Shown here: positions 47,905-58,046 of the stretch, piece after piece | How the letters are laid out: each line of letters starts with the position of its first letter | Numbering within the stretch: the stretch's first letter is position 1 | DNA from: Scyliorhinus canicula | Lineage: Eukaryota | Length of the DNA stretch: 64,000 bases | NCBI RefSeq assembly: GCF_902713615.1 | Contig: NC_052156.1 | Coordinates: forward strand, 21,603,287 to 21,667,286 | Direction: 5' to 3' | Made by a program: the position numbers and the translations under genes | Notes under the pieces: generated by a model | What the model was told of the DNA's origin: nothing | The model's input: only the letters and a program-made list of their open reading frames with translations | Databases searched by the model: none

Positions 47905-49490
47905 GGGTGGAAACTGCAGAGGTACTAGTCGTAATATTTTAGTCTATCTTAAACTCAGGGGTGATGCCAGAGGACTTTAGAATTACAAATGTTACACCTT
48001 TGTTCAAAAAACAGTGTAAAGATAAGCCCAGCAAGTACAAACCAATCAATTTAAATTTGGACACACACACACTTCTAGAAACAATGGACAAATGCTGGTT
48101 AGCTGAGAAAAGCCAGCATGGATTGGTTGAGGGATATTCATATTTAACTAACGGGAGTTTTTTTGACAAGGAGGGTGGATGAGGACAATACTGTTACTTG
48201 GTGTACATGGACCTCCAAAATGAATTTGATACACTGCTGTATAGACTTGTGAGCAAAGATATAGCTCATGGAATAAAAGTAGCAACATTGATACAGAATT
48301 GGCTGACCACCAGGAAATAGAGAGTAGTGGTTAATGGATGTTTTTCCTGCTAAAGTTTATAGTGGAGTTCCTCAGGGCTCAGTGTTGGAACCCTTGCTTT
48401 TCCTGATTTATATTAATAACATAGACCTTGGTGTGCAGGACACAATTTCAAAGTTTGCAGACAATAAGAAACTTGGAAGCATTGTAAACTGTGAGGGGGA
48501 TAGCGTGGAACTTCAAAGGGACATAGACAAGTTGGTGGAATGGGCGGTCAGGTGGCAGCTGAGGTTCAATGTAGAGAAATACAAAATGATTCATTTTGAT
48601 AAGAACATGGAAAGGCAATATAAAATGGTTACAAATCCAAAGGGGGTGCAGGAGCAGAAGGACCCGAGTATATATGTGCATAAATAATTGAAGGTGGCAG
48701 GACAGGTTGCAAGAGCAATTAAAGCATACAATATCCTTGGCTTTATTAATAGAGGCATAGAGTACAAGAGCAAGGAGGTTATGTTGAATTTATACATGTC
48801 ACTAGTGTGGCCTCAGCTAGAGTATTGCTTCCAGTTCTGGGCGCCACACTTTTGGAAGGATGTGAAGGCATGAGAGGGGGATGCAAAAAAGATTCATGAG
48901 AATGGTTCCAGAGATGAGGAACTTCAGTTATGCAAGTAGACTGGAGAAGTTAGGACTGTTTTCCTTCGAGAAAAGGAGGTTGAGAGGAAATAAAAGCAAA
49001 TTACTGCAGATGCTGGAAACTAGAATCTGAAACAGAAACAGAAAATGCAAGAAAATCTCAGCAGGTTTGATAGCATCTGTGGAGAGAACACGGAGCTAAC
49101 CCTTCAAGTCTGAATGACTCTTCGTCAAAGGTGAAGAGTAGATTTGATAGTTATTCAAAATTATGAGCGGTCTGGGGCAGAGTAGGGCAAAACTGTTCCC
49201 ACTCCTGAAAGGATCGAGAATGAAAGGGCACAGATTAAAGTAATTAGTAGGAGAAGCAAATGTGACAGGAGGAGAAACTTATTTTAATGCAGCGAGGGTT
49301 TGGAATGCACTGCCTGAGTGTGTGGTGGGGACAGGTTCAATTGAAGCATTCAAAAGGGAATCAGGCAGTTATCTGCAATGGAAGAATGTGTAGGGTTATG
49401 GAGATAAGGCAGGTGAATGGAATGGGGCAAGTTGCCCATTCAGAAAGCTGGCCAAATGGCCTCCTTCTGCACCGTAACAATTCTACGATT
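47905..49490 (+). mobile_element. Degenerate CR1 RT/3' fragment in ARPC4 intron 2
   Basis: SGVPQGSVLEPLLFLIYINN, KFADN, RGIEYKSKEVMLNLY. Confidence 0.88.
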
Positions 49491-49817
49491 CAGAGTGTCA
49501 ACATTTTATTTTGAAAATTCTATGGATGTACATATGTATTATTCTCAAACAGAACATTCAGAAAATCTCGTTTCCAGTTCTCTACGAGAGAACTGAGCTT
49601 CTCACTTGTATAAATGTATTGCTGGCGAGCATCTCAAAGTCATATAGAGAGGCAATCTAAAAATAAACGTACACACATTTATTCCGAGAAGTAGACAGCC
49701 AACCGCACTGCAGATTCCTTGTTCCCCCCCCCCCCCCCCCCCCCCCCCCCAAGATGATGCTTTATCTGAGAAATCTGAAATCCAGCCCACCATATTTACA
49801 AGACAAATGTACCCTAC

Positions 49818-49933
49818 CTCACTTCCACCTCTGGTTTATTATGGCGCTCCACCACCTGTGATGAGAAATTTTCCAGGCAGAGTGCTGCTTGAAGTGTGGC
49901 ACGAACCGCGTTCAGGTACGGACGGAGTGTCGC
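49818..49933 (-). CDS. ARPC4: ARPC4 coding exon 2 ([39 protein letters not shown])
   Basis: Manual translation; tttcaatAG acceptor, AG|GTAGG donor, 116 nt; near-identical to Arp2/3 complex subunit 4. Confidence 0.97.
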
Positions 49934-50190
49934 CTATTGAAAGGAGAGATAAACAAAGTTCAAATAATGAAGCTTAGAAAATCCTTTAGATGCACCTCTC
50001 AGGGACTCTAGGTTGGAAACACCCCAGTTTAATCAGTATGTTAAAATCTATTACAAAACACCACTTTTCTTGTTAGCACAATTGCAGTGTCACTGTTGTC
50101 AGGGCAGTGGACTAGATCATTTCATCCCCTTCCTTTAACTAATGCGTAGGTACGTAGGTGAACAAAAATGAAAATAGGTAAACAAAATGA

Positions 50191-51300
50191 GACCATAAGA
50201 CAGAGGAGCAGAATTAGGCCACTTGGCCCATCGAGTCTGCTCCGCCATTCAATCACGGCTGATATTTTTCTCATCCCCAGTCTCCTGCCTTCTCCCCATA
50301 ACCCCTGACTTGATCCCCTTATTAATCAAGAACCTATCTACCTCTGCCTTAAAGACACTCAGTAAATTGGCCTCTACAACCTTCTGGGGCAAAGAGTTCC
50401 ACAGATTCACCACCCTCTGGCTGAAAAAATTCCTCATCTCGGTTTTAAAGAATCGTCCCTTTAATCTGAGATGGTGTCCTTTGGTTCCAGTTTTTCCTAC
50501 AAGTGGAAACATCCTCTCCACGTCCACTCTATCCAGGCCTCGCAGTATCTTGTACGTTTCAATAAGATCCCCTCCCATCCTTCTAAACTCCAATGAGTAC
50601 AGACCCAGAGTCCTCAAACGTTCCTCATACGACAAGTTCTTCATTCCATTCTTGTGAACCTCCTCTGGAACCTTTCCAAAGCCAGCACATCCTTCCTTAG
50701 ATTATGGGTCACAAAACTGATCACAATACTCCAAATGGGGTCTGACCAGAGCCTTATACAGCCTCAGAAGTACATCCCCATATCTTGTATTCTAGCCCTC
50801 TTGACATGAATGCTAACATTGCATTTGTCTTAACTGCCGACTGAACCTGCACATTAACCTTAAGAGAATCATGAACAAGGACTCCCAAGTCCCTTTGTGC
50901 TTCTGCTTTCCGAAGCATTTCCCCATTTAGAAAATAGTCTATGCCTAAATTCCTCCTTCCAAAGTGCATAACCTCACACTTTTCCACATTGTATTTCATT
51001 TGTCATTTCATTGCCCACTCTCCTAGCTTGTCCAAGTCCTTCTTCAGCTCCCGTGCTTCCTCAATACTACCTGTCCCTCTACAGATTTTTGTAACATCTG
51101 CAAACTTAGCAATAGTGCCTTCAGTACCTTCTTCCAGATCACTAATGTATATTGTAAAATGTTGTGGTCCCAGCACAGACCTCTGAGGCACACCGCTAGT
51201 CACCGGCTGTCACCCTGAAAAAGACCCCTTTATCCCCACTCTTTGCCTTTTGCCAGTCAGCCAATCCTCTATCCATGCCAGGATCTTACCCTTACAGCCA
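50191..51300 (-). mobile_element. CR1 3' fragment in ARPC4 intron 1 (same subfamily as 43600-44785, opposite orientation)
   Basis: ORFs 50249, 50754 and 51003 are RT/C-terminal fragments closely matching the 43.6-44.8 kb copy. Confidence 0.92.
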
Positions 51301-52636
51301 ACATGACACCCAAGAAACTGTAAATTATGTATAAAGCAACTTTCTAAATCACTTCACAATGAGAAATGATGTAAGAATTAGCTATAGCTAGTCTATAACG
51401 AAGTGTAATGGTGAGAACCTATTAGAAACCTAGATGCAGATATCCTAAATGCAAACTATCCAACACTCACTGTACATCTGTCACAAAATAGTAACCAGGT
51501 AGCAGTCAATATGCATACACAGGACACTAGGAAAATTTGGAATTTAATTGAACTTGAATACTGCCTATGGATTATCTATATTTTTTATTCCTTTATAATG
51601 CTAACTTTTCCAAAGGTCATGAATGAATTGAGTCACATTTACCAGTATCAGATTTTTCTCCAGTATTAAAAGAAAGCTGAATTCAAATTCTCAAACTGCG
51701 ATAATGAGATTTAAACATTCTCTGGAGTTTTCTTGCCCTTGATTCTAGGTCACTATGCCAGTAACATAATCAATCTGCTACCATACCTGTGAAGCGTGTA
51801 CTTCACGTTAGAAACCTATCTGGGCACTCAAAGTGGTTTTTCACCGAGAACTTGAGTTAAGGGTTAATTCACTATCATTGAACATTAATAAAGTATTTTG
51901 CCAAGTGCAACATCGATATCCTGCGTTATACTAATGAAGTGATAACTGAAACTAAATTGCAAACTATCAACTGAGCCTCAACCAAAAGATCACCCCCAGC
52001 GCAACTTCACAAACGGGAAATACAAACCCGACACCTATATTAGGCCCTGTGAAATTAGGTGTCAGATGCTAAACCACAAACAACCATGACAAAGCACACA
52101 GTCCCCCAAACACAGACATAAAGTGGAAGAGGGGGTCGCCAATCCTCAGGTGGAGGTGCACACATTGTAAATGGGGAACTAGGCGTTGCTAACTGTGCCC
52201 AAATACTAAAAATAAAACTAGGACGGGCCACATAATGACCCTCCTCCCGCCCCTCCACAGAGGAAGCTGCAGGGATGGGAGAGGTCACGGATTGCTGGCC
52301 CAAGGCCAGGCATCTCGGGCCGGCTGCACAGGTGGCGTGTGCTGCAGCGGTGTGACAGTGACCATTAAACAGTGAGAGGGTAACCCCGGCCCGGGGATCA
52401 GCCCCAGCCCCAGCCCAGTGACAGCCTTCAGACAGGAAGCGCTGGGTTCGGATCCATCCCTGCCCTCGGGGGACGGGCGGGGCCCGCCTCACGTTCCCTC
52501 CACCCGTTACTCCAGCTGACTCGAGTCCCCTCCCGGTGCTTCCCTCGCACCTCCCCCGCGGCGAGAAGGGGCCCTGCCGCCCTCACACTGACTCCCCAAC
52601 GCGGGACCCTCTCGGCGTCTCCCCCCAGCCGGTTAC

Positions 52637-52639
52637 CAT
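52637..52639 (-). CDS. ARPC4: ARPC4 coding exon 1 (start codon only)
   Basis: Minus strand reads GGAGACG-ATG|GTAACC inside a CpG-rich promoter. An ATG-only first coding exon matches the known vertebrate ARPC4 structure. Confidence 0.85.
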
Positions 52640-53129
52640 CGTCTCCCCGGAAGGCGGAAATGTTCGGCACGCATGCGCGACCGCCCTTCTCCCCCTCCCC
52701 GCGGGGGCTGTGGGATGTACCATTCCGCCTCTTACTAAAGGGGGGGGGGCGGCAACAATGAGCTAATATTTCTCTGTTTGTAATTTGCTATAATTTCAGT
52801 TAGGCGCTGTGGAGATGTGATAATAAATCTCACAGCTAAATAATGGCTTGTCTTTGGTTTTTCGTTCGAGAGAGTCTCCTCTTTATGAACATTGTAGATT
52901 CTTCCTCCCCCCGGGCTCACATGCACTTTACTCACACTGGAATGGGGTGAACCTATGAACGCAACCATGTAATGGACGTGGATTGTATGTTAATCCCACT
53001 TGTGGTCTGCTTCAGCAGATGCAATTACAATGTTTTCATTAGTTTTGATCTAAAATTTTAGCTTCTTGACATCTCAGGCTGATTTCGAGCACCGTTTTGT
53101 TTATTGTCCCTCCCTCCTCTGCCTGCGAC

Positions 53130-53178
53130 CCTTGGGTTGGTCCGAAGCGCCGGAAAAGGACGTGGGCTGTACCACCAG
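53130..53178 (+). other. TADA3: Probable non-coding first exon of TADA3 (5' end approximate)
   Basis: CAG|GTGGGA donor at 53178 in CpG-containing sequence; the ATG exon has an upstream acceptor (55381 or 55388), so an earlier exon is required. Confidence 0.4.
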
Positions 53179-54222
53179 GTGGGAGTGGGAGGGGGGTAAA
53201 TGAGGGTGCGCGACCAATAAATGCTGCGCCGTTGCGGGCGATTTTGCTCTCTGTTGGGTACGTTTGCTATATTGATATAAAAACAATTGGAAAAGGATGA
53301 GGGTGAAGGGGTGGATGGCTGCCTGTGTGCGGGGAAAGTGATTGACTGTGTGCCAGGCGCCCCTCCTTCTCCCTTAGCAGTGGTAAAGCTGCTGATGGAG
53401 CCTGTTCCCAGGTAAATGGAACAAAGTCTGGGTGAAAATGTGAGGGATACCAGGACCTGGCAACAAACTCCCTGACTGTCCCCTTAACTACCTCAATGCA
53501 ACCCATAGTTGCTGCTCCTCATTGCACTGCAGCTTGAAATCAGAGGTAGTTTTTTTGCCTCAGTCGGTGGGGGGCATTCTGGATTTTTCTTTTTAAAAAG
53601 GGCTTTATTTCAGATGTTGGAATCTAATGGTTAAGACCAGGGGAACAGCACTGTTACTCACCCCTGGCTAGCACAAGGCGTATTTGGGAGATGGAATTGT
53701 AAATTGGGTTTTTTGACACAAAACTAATCTTGTTGCTGCATTAATGCCCCATCCTTCCTGTATCTGATGGTGACTTATTCTGTAAGTTAGATAGATAGTA
53801 GGACAGGGGAAACGGTACTGCTCCTGTCATTAACAGCTGAGAAGTCTGGAATGGGTGTTATTCCTTGCTAGAAGATGAATACTGAATGTGATTTTACATC
53901 TCCACACGATTTTTATGCAACAAACTCATCATTATTTTTAAAAAACAGTCTAGTCTTGTTTCTGAATTATTTGCTGCTTTTTATTGTGCTTGCAATTTGT
54001 TTCTAACTTTAATCTGATGTTTACACTATTTTTCGTTCTGCTTTTGGTTTGATTAGAGTTCCTGACTTTTCATTTGTGCTGCTGATTTTTATATAATAGG
54101 TATTTTTGGGTGGTGGAACAGGCTAACACACTGTCCTTTAACCTGTCTTAAATCTAACCTAGTCTAATAGTTTGAAAGCTTACTGTAAGGAGCCGATGTG
54201 AAATGAGTTGACCAGTCACGTA

Positions 54223-54559
54223 GGGCAACACGGTAGCATGGTGGTTAGCATAAATGCTTCACAGCTCCAGGGTCCCAGGTTCGATTCTCGGCTGGGTCAC
54301 TGTCTGTGCGGAGTCTGCACGTCCTCCCCGTGTGTGCGTGGGTTTCCTCCGGGTGCTCCGGTTTCCTCCCACAGTCCAAAGATGTGCGGGTTAGGTGGAT
54401 TGGCCATGCTAAATTGCCCGTAGTGTCCTAAAAAAAGTAAGGTTAAGGGGGCTTGTTGGGTTACGGGTATAGGGTGGATACGTGGGCTTCAGTAGGGTGA
54501 TCATGGCTCGGCACATCGAGGGCCGAAGGGCCTGTTCTGTGCTGTACTGTTCTATGTTC
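54223..54559 (+). mobile_element. HE1/V-type SINE, tail A
   Basis: Same diagnostic head GCATGGTGGTTAGCATAAATGC and same tail as 23706-24052. Confidence 0.92.
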
Positions 54560-55411
54560 AGTCCAAATCCCATGCTTAATGGCAAAAATACAAAATTGTA
54601 TGTATTGGTCAGAGGTCACGAGGTGTGTATATTGTAACTAGAACACACTGTTGGAGTAAAGGGAACTTGGTTCTGCAATAGTCTGTGCTAAACGTGATCT
54701 GTGTATAAGAGGCTGACATTGCGTGCCTGCAATAGCAAAAAGTGCTCCAATCTCCATCCTTTGATGAGCACAAGAAATCACTAAAAACCAGAAATGGAAT
54801 TAATTGTTTCAATGTAAAAGATCCTGAAGGTAAAGTAATGGAATAGTTGGCTTGAAACAAAGGAATGATTGTTCTGAAACAGAAGGCAGATAAATCTGCA
54901 GCTACTGGCAACCTGAGATTGTAAGCACCTTAGAGCTAGCCCGCACATCTCGGGTCAATGAAAGAAAGTGGTAAACTGATTTAGCATATATAACTACTGA
55001 CAAGGAAGCCCAACTGAAGTAAGTGATAAAATACTCCACAAATAAGCAGGTTTACTCGAGTAAACTGAAAACAAAATTGGTGGCATTTCTAATGTATTTT
55101 TAATGGAACTTCACTTTAATGATGCTATCACTTAGCAAGACAGTGGCCTTGAGCCAAAGGATATTTGTTGACCCTCTGGTCTTTTTGAATTATTTTGAAG
55201 AGTTTATTTCAATTACTGCATTTTCAATTTGTTGGCAAGCCATCAGCTCCGCTGATAGGCTGGAGAATCTTTCACAATAGTGTTTATTTCTTGCATGTGT
55301 ATAACCAGTTTTTCACCTGCCATATGAGTTATTAATGAGAAATACTGTATTTAATTTGGGTCTGGTTGGTGTTCATGGCAGATTTTAGACAAAACCTTCC
55401 ACTGGCTCAAG

Positions 55412-55618
55412 ATGAGCGAACTAAAAGACTGCCCACTGCAATTCCATGACTTCAAGCCAGTAGACCACGTGAAGATGTGTCCCCGTTATGCAGCTGTGCT
55501 CTCGCGCTCTGAGGACGATGGAATTGGAATTGAGGAGCTGGACACATTGCAGCTGGAGCTGGAGACACTGTTATCCTCGGCGAGCCGGCGATTGCGTATC
55601 CTCGAGGCAGAAACACAG
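55412..55618 (+). CDS. TADA3: TADA3 first coding exon (MSELKDCPLQFHDFK...LEAETQ)
   Basis: ORF 55412 matches the transcriptional adaptor 3 N-terminus; CAG|GTAGG donor; 207 nt. Confidence 0.96.
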
Positions 55619-55798
55619 GTAGGAATGGTGCAGCAACCTGTTTGGCTGCACTGGATTGTGTGTTATCTGACCAGAGTTCTTCTGCCAGATTATGAATATT
55701 GCACAAAGAAAATTTGTTTGCAAAACAATGACTTGAATATTTGATTAATTTCATGCTCCCAGCAGAAAAAGAAACAAAGTTCTTAAAGGGATATTCTT

Positions 55799-56044
55799 TC
55801 TTTATTTTTGTATTTGTTTATTTTTATATATTTAGAATACCCAATTAATTTTTTCCAATTAAGGGGCAATTTAGCATGTTCAATCCACCGACCCTGCACA
55901 TCTTTGGGTTGTGGGGGTGAAACCCATGCAAACATGGGGAGAATGTGCAAACTCCACACGGACAGTGACCCAGAGCCAGGATCAAACCTGGGACCTCGGC
56001 GCCGTGAGGCTGCAGGGCTAACCCACTGCACCACCATGCTCCCC
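55799..56044 (-). mobile_element. HE1/V-type SINE, tail D (A-rich)
   Basis: Perfect 17-bp TSD CTTAAAGGGATATTCTT (55782-55798, 56045-56061). Other copies: 9113-9337 (-), 13438-13628 (-), 17848-18033 (-), 42591-42808 (-), 62221-62454 (+). Confidence 0.92.
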
Positions 56045-56170
56045 CTTAAAGGGATATTCTTACAGGGGAGATGGGGACCACAATTTTCACAAAGGGGAGA
56101 ACCTCTTGAAAGGGAAACCGAAGACAAGCCGTTATTTCGTTTCTATTAATAATGTAACATCTTATATATG

Positions 56171-56322
56171 CGGTGGCATAGTGGTGTTATCACTGGACTA
56201 GTAATACAGAGACCCTGGGTACTTTGGGGACCCAGTCTTGAATTCCACCACAGCAGGCGGTGAAATTTGAATTCGGTAACATTCTGGAATTAAAAGTCTA
56301 ATGATGACCACAAAACCATTGT
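56171..56322 (+). mobile_element. 5' part of a third, older tRNA-headed SINE
   Basis: GGTGGCATAGTGG A-box-like start and degenerate B-box; a possible related antisense remnant at about 51600-51790. Confidence 0.5.
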
Positions 56323-57550
56323 CTTTTTTTAAGAAAAAAATCTCTTTATTCTCCTCATTTTCAACATTTTCATCAAATAAACAACAAACAAAAACAAATA
56401 CAATAACAATCCCCCAAGCAAAAACAGCACCCCGCTCAATATACAGACCAAAACATCCACCCAGACATTCCAGGTAAAAAAACAAAAATGAACAGTCAAT
56501 CAGTAAACGGTGTAATCAAAGACAACAATAACCCCCCACCCCCAATGTTTGATGGCAACCAATTCTCAAAAGTGCATAATAAACAGTCCCCATGAATTCT
56601 AGAACCCCTCCTTCATCCCCTCAGCTCACATTTCACCTTCTCAAGGGTCAAAAATTCAAGTAGGTTCCCCCCTCGCCAAGCTGAGGCATAGGGCGGAGAA
56701 GCTGACTTCCACCCCAACAGGACCAGCCTCCAGGCAATCAGCGAGACAAAGGCGAAAACATCTGCCCCCGCACCCGCCTGCAGCCCAGGCAGGTCAGACA
56801 CCCCGAAAATGGCTTCTTGGGGCCCTAGCTCCAAGTTCATGTGCATTACCCCCGAGATACCATTGAAAACCTCCCTCCAATACTTCTCCAGCTTTGGGCA
56901 GGACCAAAACATAGTTTGCAGGGCTCCTCCCACAGTGCTCACATATGTCCTCAACTCCCTCACCCCTCGTGAGGTATGCCCTATAAACGACCTTCAACAG
57001 TATCAGCCCCAACCTTGCACATGAGGTTGAGGCGTTCACCCTCCGCAGCACCTCACACCACAAACAGTCTTCCATAGCCTCCCCAAAAATCAGCCCGTAG
57101 ATCGCTGACACCACCCCGTTCCCCCTTCCCCCTGCTGTCAATACCTCTTCCAACAATGAGGGAGTCGGCGATTTCGGGAAGCCCTGAACCTCCTTCCTAG
57201 CAAAGTCTCGACACTGCAGGTGCCTGAACCTTTGCCCTAGTCCATATTTCTCCCCCAACTCTTCCAACCGCGCAAAACGTCCCCCCAGGAGCAGATCTTT
57301 TAAAACACTGATTCCCCCCCCTCTCCTCCCAAATCCCAAAACCTCCCATCCAGCCTCCCTGGCTCAAACCTATGGTTCCCCTTAATCGGCATCTCCCCCG
57401 ATCCAGTCCCCATCTTAAAATGCTGCCTCAACTACCTCCAAATATTCATTGTTGCCACCACCACTGAACTCCCTGAGTACTTGCCCGGGGCCATCGAGAG
57501 CGGCGCTGTTACCAATGTCCTCAATCCTAACCCCCTACACAGACCATCTT
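56323..57550 (-). mobile_element. 3' fragment of an L1/Tx1 LINE (ORF2 C-terminal zinc knuckle, A-rich tail)
   Basis: CEHCGRSPANY...MFWSCPKLEKYW split over ORFs 56794 and 56613; AATAAA and A-run at the 3' end. Confidence 0.85.
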
Positions 57551-57588
57551 CCTAACAGAGGCTACCGTCTCTCATTTCTCTCTCTCTC

Positions 57589-57723
57589 NNNNNNNNNNNN
57601 NNNNNNNNNNNNNNNNNNNNNNNNNNNNNNNNNNNNNNNNNNNNNNNNNNNNNNNNNNNNNNNNNNNNNNNNNNNNNNNNNNNNNNNNNNNNNNNNNNNN
57701 NNNNNNNNNNNNNNNNNNNNNNN
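57589..57723. other. Assembly gap (135 N)
   Basis: Run of N between a (CT)n stretch and a truncated SINE. Confidence 1.
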
Positions 57724-58046
57724 GGACAGGCGCCGGAATGTGGCGACTAGGGGCTTTTCACAGTAACTTCATTGAAGCCTACACGTGACAATAAGCGATT
57801 TTCATTTCATTTTCACAAAAATAAACAAAGTGATCGACTTATTCATTTCTTTAAAAAATGCCTTCGGCAAAAAGACCGTCAGGCACTGAAATGGAAACAG
57901 AAATCGCAGCAACACATTCATTTCAATCGCCAGCAGCATGTCACACCACCTGCAATCCCAAATTCCTGGTGTGTGTTGCCACCCTGTGAAATGGCAGCCC
58001 TCCCACTCCAACCACACTCCCAGCCGGGACACCACAAAATTTTCCC

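Larger units (their letters stand above)
52250..53260. promoter_or_regulatory. Bidirectional CpG promoter shared by ARPC4 (-) and TADA3 (+)
   Basis: CpG-rich; tandem ETS/GABP-like CCGGAAG-GCGGAAA (about 52647-52660), NRF1-like ACGCATGCGCG (about 52669-52679), another CCGGAA at about 53150 and a CCAAT at about 53214. The genes diverge here as in human. Confidence 0.8.
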
